The notes under the pieces: generated by a model
Database searches by the model: none
What the model saw: the letters and a program-made list of their open reading frames with translations, nothing else
What the model was told of the DNA's origin: nothing
In this document: positions 47,694 through 55,401 of the stretch, in pieces
How the letters are laid out: the number at the start of each line of letters is the position of its first letter
Numbering within the stretch: the first letter of the stretch is position 1
Source: Gemmatimonadota bacterium
GTDB taxonomy: Bacteria; Latescibacterota; UBA2968; UBA8231
Assembly (NCBI GenBank): GCA_018660835.1
Contig: JABJJN010000054.1
Location: forward strand, 36,877 to 100,876
Direction: 5' to 3'
DNA: 64,000 bases
Position numbers and translations under genes: made by a program

Positions 47694-48652
47694 GATCCGG
47701 ATACTCTTCCGTTGGTAGGGACTGTGGGGGCGTGCGGGCGGACCTCGCTTACATGGTGACGCGCGATGGCCGCCAGAGTCTGCAGTTGATCGGCATCGGG
47801 TGTGGTGAACTGGGTACTGGCGGGCAAGTCCAGACTAGAAAGTTTGGCGTCACCGAGGGGGTGGTAAGGAAGCAGTTCATAGTAAAGGAGGCTCTCGAAG
47901 GCGCCGATATGACGGGCGATGCCACCGATCTCCTCGCGTGTATCGTTCACCCCGCCAATGACAGGTGTGCGCACGATCAGCGGGCAGCCGGTGGCCGCCA
48001 GGTGGTCGAGGTTCTGCAGACTGCGCGTGCCATCATTGCCGATGTAGCGGCGCGACAGTTCCTGGTCGAGGATCTTCACGTCGTACATCACCAGGTCGAC
48101 GTGGGGCAGCAGCGATGCAAGGAATTTCCAGGGGTAGTTGCCGGCCGTGTCGATGGCAACGTGCAGACCGCGTTCGCCGCAGGCGATCAGCAGTTCGCGC
48201 AGGAAATCGGGCTGCAGCACTGGATCGCCACCAGAGAAAGTGACGCCGCCGCCAGAGTGACGGTAGTAGACTTCGTCTTTGACGACCTCTGCGACGACTT
48301 GATCAACACTCATCGAACGGCCGGAGATCTCCAGGGCGCCGGTGAAACACTCTGCCGCACATTGCCCGCAGCCGACACAGACCTCTCGATCAAAGCGGCG
48401 CACACCGTCGTCCAGATGCTGGCCACCGTGCTCGCAGGCAACCACACAACGACCACAACCGATACAGCGGTCCAGATAGACCTGCAGTTGCGGCTTAGGC
48501 CGAATCGACTCGGGGTTGTGGCACCAGTCACAGCGATTCGAGCAACCCTTAAGGAATACGGTGGTCCGCACGCCCGGACCGTCGCTGCTAGAATTCCGCT
48601 GAATGTTGAAGATGATACCGCGCAGATGTGTGTCTGCGGTCACCGCCGTCAT
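47690..48652 (-). CDS. Glycyl-radical enzyme activating protein (radical SAM with two ferredoxin-type clusters)
   Basis: The radical SAM motif is CSNRCDWC (CxxxCxxC), followed by CIGCGRCVVAC and CVGCGQCAAEC (CxxCxxCxxxC) and then SGGDPVLQPDF. The likely start, ATG 48652, follows GGGGGAGG. The track ORF extends to 48724. Confidence 0.9.
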   Translation of the reverse strand: MTAVTADTHLRGIIFNIQRNSSSDGPGVRTTVFLKGCSNRCDWCHNPESIRPKPQLQVYLDRCIGCGRCVVACEHGGQHLDDGVRRFDREVCVGCGQCAAECFTGALEISGRSMSVDQVVAEVVKDEVYYRHSGGGVTFSGGDPVLQPDFLRELLIACGERGLHVAIDTAGNYPWKFLASLLPHVDLVMYDVKILDQELSRRYIGNDGTRSLQNLDHLAATGCPLIVRTPVIGGVNDTREEIGGIARHIGAFESLLYYELLPYHPLGDAKLSSLDLPASTQFTTPDADQLQTLAAIARHHVSEVRPHAPTVPTNGRVSGS

Positions 48653-48836
48653 CGCCCTGCCTCCCCCTATGTACCATATCCAACCGGCTTTGAGAATGCC
48701 AGCTGAACGCGCGCGACAACCCATGCCAGGTGCCTCGAACTCAACGATCGCCCACTCTCCCGGCGGGCGTGTCTATCGTCTGGCCCTCTGGAGCCGGAGG
48801 AGAGTCCTGAATCCTTCACTGCGTACCGAGACGGGG

Positions 48837-48857
48837 CTATGTTTGCCGCAAACATAG
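48837..48857. promoter_or_regulatory. Perfect 9-3-9 palindrome in the divergent promoter region (candidate operator)
   Basis: CTATGTTTG-CCG-CAAACATAG lies 33 nt upstream of ATG 48890 and about 185 nt from the activase start. It is AT-rich relative to its surroundings. Confidence 0.45.
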
Positions 48858-48889
48858 AATGAGTCACCCACCCTGTACTTGAGGATCAG

Positions 48890-49936
48890 ATGGGCACGCC
48901 ACAGTTTGTCAGCAGGTCATTCACATGCGCCCAAGGCCGCGAATTCACTGTGAGCTATTGCCGCATCCAGGGCAGTCGCCCCGGCCCGGCTGTAGCGCTG
49001 ATTGCCGGCCAACACGGGATGGAACACATCGGTCCCGTCTTACTCAAGCAGATAGTGGCTGAACTGACAGGAGCCGACTTCGCCGGCAGTGTGAGCATCT
49101 GCGCCTGCGCCAACCCACTGGCACTGGAACTCGACTACGAATTCTATCCCGAGAATGAGGACCTGAGTGTCCTCAACGACTACTTCTACTCGCGCTTCCG
49201 GCATGACTACTGCCCGTACGGGATGGAACGCGCCAAGGGGCCGAACTACTACAACATGAACAGGCTGTGGAATCGTGATACGATTCATGGCGTGGCCGGG
49301 GAGATCACGCACTGGTTGTGGGACGAGATGATCGAGGGGGCTGACTTGACGGTAGACTTCCACTCTCTCCAGGCTGACAAGCCGCTGATCTACAACTGGC
49401 ACGAGGAGTCCGTCGCCCTCGCCGGTTGTTTCGGCGCTCACGCCATTTACCACGTCGCCGCCGCAGACGAATTCAATCAGGGCAATCTGGGATTCCAGGC
49501 CGGAACGCAGGGCGGGCAAGCCTTCTGCGTCGAGTTTTCACGACAACACGAGTACCGGGACGAATACGCTCTGGGTACACAGGGCATCCACAATGTGATG
49601 GCTGCACTGGGGATGACCACCCGCGACATCGTCCTCGAGCATCCGACGTACGAAGTAATTTCTTCCACACCCACAGAGGCGACGGCGATAGGTCACATCC
49701 GTTATCTCAAACACGAATACGATCCGGTGTCAGAGGGTGAGCCAGTCTTCCAGATCCTGAGCCTGGAATCCTTCGACGTGCTGCAGCAGGGCGTCGCTGC
49801 ACACGATGGTATCGTCGGCCGACGGACACCGAAGCCGATCTCCAGAATCGGCGAGTCCGTCCTGAGCGTGCTCAAAGTCCAGATCATACAGCAGGCCGGG
49901 CAGTATCCACAGAAGGGACTCACCCATGCGCAATGA
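48890..49936 (+). CDS. AstE/AspA-family (succinylglutamate desuccinylase/aspartoacylase-like) zinc deacylase
   Basis: ALIAGQHGMEHIGPVLL (the H..E zinc motif) and VDFHSLQ are present. 348 aa. Confidence 0.7.
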   Translation: MGTPQFVSRSFTCAQGREFTVSYCRIQGSRPGPAVALIAGQHGMEHIGPVLLKQIVAELTGADFAGSVSICACANPLALELDYEFYPENEDLSVLNDYFYSRFRHDYCPYGMERAKGPNYYNMNRLWNRDTIHGVAGEITHWLWDEMIEGADLTVDFHSLQADKPLIYNWHEESVALAGCFGAHAIYHVAAADEFNQGNLGFQAGTQGGQAFCVEFSRQHEYRDEYALGTQGIHNVMAALGMTTRDIVLEHPTYEVISSTPTEATAIGHIRYLKHEYDPVSEGEPVFQILSLESFDVLQQGVAAHDGIVGRRTPKPISRIGESVLSVLKVQIIQQAGQYPQKGLTHAQ

Positions 49937-51254
49937 CTCGTGGCGAGTCGGCTTCGCTGAAACCGATATCACGCCCGCAAACAACGAAGCGTTCCTGAGT
50001 GGCTTCGGCCGACCTCGTTTTGCCACGGGGAAGCTGGCGCCGCTGGTGACGCAGGCGTTGGCACTTGAGGATGCCGACGGGCGACGGGCTGTGCTGGTGA
50101 CGGCGGATGTGACGGGGTTCGACCGCACGACGGTGGATTCGCTGCGCTACCGACTGGAGCGTGACTTCGCCATCGAGCCGGCAGCGGTCATGCTCGCTGC
50201 ATCACACACGCACTTCGGACCTGGGGTTCAGTTGCAGAACCAGTGGTTCTGCGGCATGGCCAGCCCTTGGTACATGGCACGCTTCGAGCAGATGATCTGC
50301 GCGACGGTGGGACGGGCGGTCAAGGATCTGAGTCGCGCGAAGCTGCGTTACACTGCCGCCGACACAGCCATTGGCTGCAACCGGCGCGTGCACGACGCAA
50401 CAGGACGTGTGAAGACGGGCATGGAACCGAACCTGGAAGGCTGCTACGATCGCCATACGCCCGTGTGGCATGCACAACGCCGCGGCCCAAAGCCAGACAT
50501 CGTCGTCGTCGGTCACGCCTGTCACCCGACCAGTGTCGGTGTCCTCAACAAGTGGTCGCCCGACTACCCGGGAGCCATGCGGCGCGCTCTGGCCAGAAAG
50601 CGCGGCGTGCAGGGAATGTTCGTCATGGGTGCTGGTGGTGCGGCGAAAGTGTGTCACGTGGACAAGCAGACGGGCAAGACCGTGTTCACTGCCGATCCAC
50701 GTCATTCCGCAGCCGCCGGGCGCAAGCTGGCACAGGCGGCGTTGGTTCAACTCGATGAAGGTGAATTGGTCGAGTTGCCATCGATACTATCCTGCGCCCA
50801 GGCGAGCGGCAAGTTGGCTCTACAACCGCAAGAATCACCGGCCCTACTGCAGCGTCTCGCCACGGAGGGCGACCTGCAGGACTACATGACCTGGACGGCG
50901 CGGCAGTTTGTCGAGTTTCCCTGCTACACGGACCGTTTCCGCTACGACGTGCAGACGTGGCGCTTCGGTGATACGCTTACGGTGATTGGTATGGAAGGTG
51001 AAGTGTGTGCTCCGTGGGGACCGATGGCCCGCGACCTGGTTGGGACATCCCACGCTGCCCTGATTGGCTACACAAACACGACCAGTGCTTACATCATCGA
51101 CAAGAAAATGCTGTGGGAAGGTGGCTACGAGGCGGACCATCGGAACTGGGCATTGCCGGGGACATTCACCCCGAAGATTGACAACCAGATCAAGCGGATC
51201 ATCCGACGTGCGCTGGCGGCAATGCCACAATCGAGGGAGGGGCTAGCAGTATGA
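49926..51254 (+). CDS. Neutral/alkaline ceramidase-like amidohydrolase
   Basis: VGFAETDITP...LSGFG, AASHTHFGPG and VVVGHACHPT fit the ceramidase_alk-like pattern. It overlaps the upstream gene by 11 nt. Confidence 0.7.
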   Translation: MRNDSWRVGFAETDITPANNEAFLSGFGRPRFATGKLAPLVTQALALEDADGRRAVLVTADVTGFDRTTVDSLRYRLERDFAIEPAAVMLAASHTHFGPGVQLQNQWFCGMASPWYMARFEQMICATVGRAVKDLSRAKLRYTAADTAIGCNRRVHDATGRVKTGMEPNLEGCYDRHTPVWHAQRRGPKPDIVVVGHACHPTSVGVLNKWSPDYPGAMRRALARKRGVQGMFVMGAGGAAKVCHVDKQTGKTVFTADPRHSAAAGRKLAQAALVQLDEGELVELPSILSCAQASGKLALQPQESPALLQRLATEGDLQDYMTWTARQFVEFPCYTDRFRYDVQTWRFGDTLTVIGMEGEVCAPWGPMARDLVGTSHAALIGYTNTTSAYIIDKKMLWEGGYEADHRNWALPGTFTPKIDNQIKRIIRRALAAMPQSREGLAV

Positions 51255-51790
51255 CTGATAATGGAGCCAATCTGTTGTCACGTGATCAACTTCGTGAGGT
51301 AGACGATCTGCATCGGGAGATACTGGAGCCGATTCAGGAACTGCTGTCCGGGTTGAGCCACGGTGTAGCGCATCTTCAGTACATCACATTTCGGCAGTTT
51401 CTTGAAGGCTGGGACGAGGGGCCGGGTTGGGGAGATGCAGACTTGTACGATGTGATGGACGGCGCTCCCGAATCGAGTTCGCTGCGTTTGGGAATTGGAG
51501 AAGGCGTCGCAGAGAGTCTGAGCGGTCTGCAGGTCGTGCCCGACGGCTGGAATCTGACATCGACGGATGGGATCGCTTCCGTGTTGGTCGGATTGCTGGC
51601 GATGGCCTGGCAGATGCGCGGTGGGTCAGTTGGTCTGCAACCAGGATCGCAGTTTGTAGCATCCGACCGAGAAGGGAATCACGACAGGAGGGTTGTTACT
51701 GTGACCCATTGGATCGGGCAGTCAGACAGCACTGACCATCACATGGTGGTGGTCTATGATGAGTCGTTCCTCGTCAGCGCGTTGGCTTAA
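51251..51790 (+). CDS. Hypothetical protein
   Basis: 179 aa. The ATGA overlap with the ceramidase-like gene suggests translational coupling. No family recognised. Confidence 0.4.
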   Translation: MTDNGANLLSRDQLREVDDLHREILEPIQELLSGLSHGVAHLQYITFRQFLEGWDEGPGWGDADLYDVMDGAPESSSLRLGIGEGVAESLSGLQVVPDGWNLTSTDGIASVLVGLLAMAWQMRGGSVGLQPGSQFVASDREGNHDRRVVTVTHWIGQSDSTDHHMVVVYDESFLVSALA

Positions 51791-51853
51791 GGCTCCACTT
51801 CCAACCCGGCAACGCGACCGGTGCGGGGTCCCCTGCGGTAGAGGGTCGTTGCC

Positions 51854-53092
51854 TCATTGGTCTTTGTCCTTCTCACCGTACCCACCGGGCGGCCACGGAT
51901 CCAGGGATGCACCGGACGGACGCCGCCCCGTTGGCCTCCATGGCAAGTCGTGATACGAATCATAGGTCACGTCCAACCACGGCGTCTGTCTGCGGACATA
52001 CCCCTCGTGCCGTGAATCGAGCGCCGCCTCCAGCACGCCCGTCGCCAGCAACGTACGCTCCACCGGATAGGACGGGGTCCCGGTGAGGAACATCTCTTCG
52101 ATGTTCAAGCCCAGGTAACTGAAATGGCCATAGGCGCCGCCTGGTGCCCCGAGACCCTGGCAGAAAAACTCCGTTGCCGCGATCGAACCCGATCCACCAC
52201 GCTGCTTGGTTGGTACGCGCGCGGCGTAGGCCCAACTGGAGGCATAGCCGCTGAGCATCAGCACTGTCGCCTGAAGGCCATCGCAGTACTCGACGATGAA
52301 GGCGACAGGATTGTCACAGTGGTCCATCATTGTACCGTCTGGTTTGTCGACCATCACAGTGCAGGCTGCTTCTGTCAACTCACGGGACCATTCACCCGCC
52401 GCCGCCCGCCACACGGCGTCACCTTCCAGGCAGGTCACTGCTTTGACCCCCGTCTCCCCTCCGGCACGACGCTCCACCATGCACTGCAATGCCTCCAGGG
52501 TGTGAGAGCCGCAGATGTCCAATCCGGAAAAGCCAATGATGACGGCTTCCTCAATGGGCGTACCCAACTCGTGCTCCAGCCAAGGCGATCGCCAGGTCAC
52601 GGGCAAGGAGGACCCTGCCATGAAGGGAACACCCAACTCCTGGGCCCGGTTGCACATCCACATCGCATTGTCCCAGCTGTAGGACAGGTGTTTGTCGTTG
52701 AACACAGGAACACTTCTGCCGCTCGTCGCCATGACGCCGCAGATCTGCTCCATGAAGTAGCGGCGGGGGAACAAGTGCTGCTCTTTCTCGTTCCAGGCGT
52801 AGTCGCCGTGTTCACCGATGAGCAACACACCGTCCACGGCGAGTTCCTCTGTACCCAGCGTCAGCGCTTTTACAATGCTGGGATACACCGGGACGCCGTG
52901 CTCGGCAGCGCGCTGCAAGCCGATGTCTTCGTCGGCGATCTGGTCAATGTAGAAAGAGGCGATATCGACTCGCGGAGCGAAGAGACCTTCGTCGGTTGGA
53001 AAGCCCTTCAGGAATTTTGTTACCAGCACTTCGGCGTGGGAGTCGGGCCGGTATTCGGTGATAATGGCGGCGATCCTCTTGCGCTCAGGCAT
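51854..53092 (-). CDS. Conserved-looking hypothetical protein (degenerate Rossmann/Gfo-Idh-MocA-like N-terminus?)
   Basis: 412 aa. KRIAAIITEYRPDSHAEVLV at the N-terminus is Rossmann-strand-like but has no GxGxxG. It overlaps the upstream heparinase-like gene by 8 nt. Confidence 0.5.
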   Translation of the reverse strand: MPERKRIAAIITEYRPDSHAEVLVTKFLKGFPTDEGLFAPRVDIASFYIDQIADEDIGLQRAAEHGVPVYPSIVKALTLGTEELAVDGVLLIGEHGDYAWNEKEQHLFPRRYFMEQICGVMATSGRSVPVFNDKHLSYSWDNAMWMCNRAQELGVPFMAGSSLPVTWRSPWLEHELGTPIEEAVIIGFSGLDICGSHTLEALQCMVERRAGGETGVKAVTCLEGDAVWRAAAGEWSRELTEAACTVMVDKPDGTMMDHCDNPVAFIVEYCDGLQATVLMLSGYASSWAYAARVPTKQRGGSGSIAATEFFCQGLGAPGGAYGHFSYLGLNIEEMFLTGTPSYPVERTLLATGVLEAALDSRHEGYVRRQTPWLDVTYDSYHDLPWRPTGRRPSGASLDPWPPGGYGEKDKDQ

Positions 53093-54122
53093 TTGCTCTC
53101 TCTTCCGGCGCGAGCTCGCTTACGCGCAAGCGAACCTTTGCTGCGTTCGTTCCCGCCGCGAGGGTGAAGGTCAGGCGCTTGAGCGTCTCTTTCTTGTTGT
53201 TGGCGAGCGATTCTTCCGCGAAAGCCTGGACGCTCCACGTCGCACCTGCAGGTTCGAGGATTTCGAGTTCCAGCTGGTGTCTTGCACCCGAGATTCGGGC
53301 TGTCGCAGCATCGATCACGGGCTCCAGCCAGGTGACAAATGCTTCCTCAACGGGTTGGTCCTCAGCGGAAAAATCGAAACGGTCTTCGAAAACGATGTCG
53401 CCGCCGTTAAGCGTCAGAGTGCGTTGGAGGCTCTCCAGAGATACGCCGTGGTAGGCTCCGGCCATGTCCATCGCGATCCGCTTCTTGTCATCCGTGGTAT
53501 CGCAGGTCAGGATCTTGCCGCCGAATTCTGCACCCTTCGACTGCGGCGTGTCGCCAATCTTCGGAACCGAGTGACCGATGCTGTTGGCAAAGAGGTTGGC
53601 GTCGTGTCCGTGGCGGCGATACAGGTCGTACAGGCCCTTTTCCGGATCGCAGAGTAGCGTTTCTCCATCGGCGTGGATCACGAAGTGGCCGACGTCATTG
53701 TGGTTGTGGCTCACGCCATTGTGCCCGGTCTTTGCAGCGAGGACCACCTCAGCGCCCGCATCTGTCTTGCTTACGAGGCGAACGACAGCGCTCTGTCTGA
53801 GCCAGGCATCTTGCAGTTGCGGTGGATCGGGTCGCGTCCCATCCCACCAGAGCATGTTTCTCCAGGCCGTATGGAATCTGCTGAGGCCCATGGAAATACC
53901 CGCTGGCTCCGCCAGGGCGCCGCGCAGTTCCTCCACGCCGGTTCGCTCGATCAGGCGTGTGACCAGACCCGCTTCGAGTGCAACCCGTTCGTCGCAGTCG
54001 GAGTAGGCGAAGTAGCGACCGGGAGAGAGCATCACGTCGATTGGGTAGTGGGCGATCATCCTCACACGGTCAGTAGAAAGCAGGTCCATCAGGTGTTCAC
54101 GTGAATGCGCAATTGTGGCCAT
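53085..54122 (-). CDS. Heparinase II/III-like protein (C-terminal beta-sandwich domain only)
   Basis: GHNGVSHNHNDVGHFVIHADGETLLCDP is the characteristic H.H.D.G.F block of the heparinase II/III family. The protein is 345 aa and lacks the usual N-terminal alpha/alpha toroid. Confidence 0.7.
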   Translation of the reverse strand: MATIAHSREHLMDLLSTDRVRMIAHYPIDVMLSPGRYFAYSDCDERVALEAGLVTRLIERTGVEELRGALAEPAGISMGLSRFHTAWRNMLWWDGTRPDPPQLQDAWLRQSAVVRLVSKTDAGAEVVLAAKTGHNGVSHNHNDVGHFVIHADGETLLCDPEKGLYDLYRRHGHDANLFANSIGHSVPKIGDTPQSKGAEFGGKILTCDTTDDKKRIAMDMAGAYHGVSLESLQRTLTLNGGDIVFEDRFDFSAEDQPVEEAFVTWLEPVIDAATARISGARHQLELEILEPAGATWSVQAFAEESLANNKKETLKRLTFTLAAGTNAAKVRLRVSELAPEERANA

Positions 54123-54246
54123 CGATCCTATTTTCCTTCTCAGTTCCTCTGAATCAAGGCAGTCCCGCTTGACGGTCCAAGGGATCGTCTGTCACATTGT
54201 TCGACCCACACCGCCCTCAAATAACCACCTGGAAGCAGAAGCAGAA

Positions 54247-55293
54247 ATGAGCGATACGAACACGCCGGCGCCAAATACCTTCTTCATCGAAGTTTCCGGG
54301 TCGGGCCTCCCCGAATGCGATGGACTCTACGTCCCCTCAACAGCGCCGCCCACTGAATCCGAGTCTGGAACCGTATCCAGTCTTGGCTACTGGAATGGCA
54401 GGATGGCGTGGGACCGAGCCGACGGAAAATCGGCGAGAAGCCCGGCACTCTCGTACTCCAGCAGTTACTCATCCTGGCGGATCTGTCGTCTCGACGGGCA
54501 TCTTGCCTACGACGCGACCTTCGACGTGGAAATGCCGCCGACGGATCGGGAATGGCACGTCTACAAGAAGGGGGTCGCACCTGCACCCAAGGTCGTGATG
54601 CATCATTACGATCCGAGGGGGGCTTGCCCTGCGCCGAATGTGATCTTCGTGCTGGGGGGCCCAGGGGCAGGAAAGGGCACGATGTGCGAACTGGCGGAGT
54701 CGCAGTTGGGCTGGACCCACCTGTCCATGGGAGATCTGCTCAGAGCCGAGCAAGCCAAAGGTGGCGAGACCGCCGCTGTCATCGACCAGTTCATCAAGGC
54801 GGGGCAGTTGGTGCCGAACCAGATCATGGTGCGGTTGCTCAAGGACTCGATGGAGTCGGTAACCCGGACAACGGGCAAGAACAATTTCCTGCTGGACGGA
54901 TTCCCGCGCTCGTTGAACAATATGGAAGGCTGGAACGAGGTCTTCGGCGGCGAAGCTGAGCTGCCGAAGATGTTGTACTTCGAGTGCCCCTATCCGGTGC
55001 TCGAACAGCGCATTCTGGGGCGGGCGAAGTACTCGGGCAGAAGCGACGACAACATGGAAAGCATGAAATCGAGGTTCGACACCTTCAAGGCAGAAACGCT
55101 TCCTACCGTTGAGTTCTTCAAGGGGGAGGGCAAGTGCATCGACGTAGATACCAGCCAGGACAGGCAGACGGTCTATGCTCTGGTTGTCGAGCAGCTTGCC
55201 GAATTCACCGACGAGGAAGGGTTGGCCAGGCCGCTTACGGAACGTGCAGAGATTCTTCTTGGTCTGCGGCCCTGGCCGAAGACGGAGGAATAG
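54247..55293 (+). CDS. Eukaryote-type UMP-CMP/adenylate kinase fused to a ~135-aa N-terminal domain of unknown function
   Basis: The kinase part reads VIFVLGGPGAGKGTMCE...THLSMGDLLRAE...FLLDGFPRS...GRAKYSGRSDDNMESMKSRFDTF (short LID). ATG 54247 is chosen over the upstream track start. The N-terminal domain (FFIEVSGSGLPECDGLYVP...YWNGRMAWDR...WRICRLDGHLAYD) is unrecognised. Confidence 0.8.
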   Translation: MSDTNTPAPNTFFIEVSGSGLPECDGLYVPSTAPPTESESGTVSSLGYWNGRMAWDRADGKSARSPALSYSSSYSSWRICRLDGHLAYDATFDVEMPPTDREWHVYKKGVAPAPKVVMHHYDPRGACPAPNVIFVLGGPGAGKGTMCELAESQLGWTHLSMGDLLRAEQAKGGETAAVIDQFIKAGQLVPNQIMVRLLKDSMESVTRTTGKNNFLLDGFPRSLNNMEGWNEVFGGEAELPKMLYFECPYPVLEQRILGRAKYSGRSDDNMESMKSRFDTFKAETLPTVEFFKGEGKCIDVDTSQDRQTVYALVVEQLAEFTDEEGLARPLTERAEILLGLRPWPKTEE

Positions 55294-55401
55294 CTAACGA
55301 GGTCGTCGTGCTTGTCGCCATCGGTCCACCTTCAACGTTCATACTGCCCAGCCGAATCGTGTTCATCCAAGCACACGATGTCCTTGCCCCACGGGTGGTG
55401 A

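Noticed and set aside
47690-48724. The radical SAM protein as an anaerobic sulfatase-maturating enzyme for the sulfatase at 27116.
   Set aside because: Its two extra clusters are ferredoxin-type CxxCxxCxxxC motifs inserted right after the CxxxCxxC motif, which is the GRE-activase architecture and not a C-terminal SPASM domain. It also overlaps the GRE start codon and lies 19 kb from the sulfatase.
45516-48724. GRE-associated bacterial microcompartment locus.
   Set aside because: No small BMC-H or BMC-P shell-protein ORFs, aldehyde dehydrogenase or phosphotransacylase genes lie near the GRE.
51808-51853. Bidirectional rho-independent terminator between convergent genes (stem GGCAACG(C)GACC ... 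GGTCGTTGCC).
   Set aside because: The stem has a bulge and a 24-nt loop, no U-tract follows on either strand, and its right arm abuts the stop codon at 51854. That is too weak to call.
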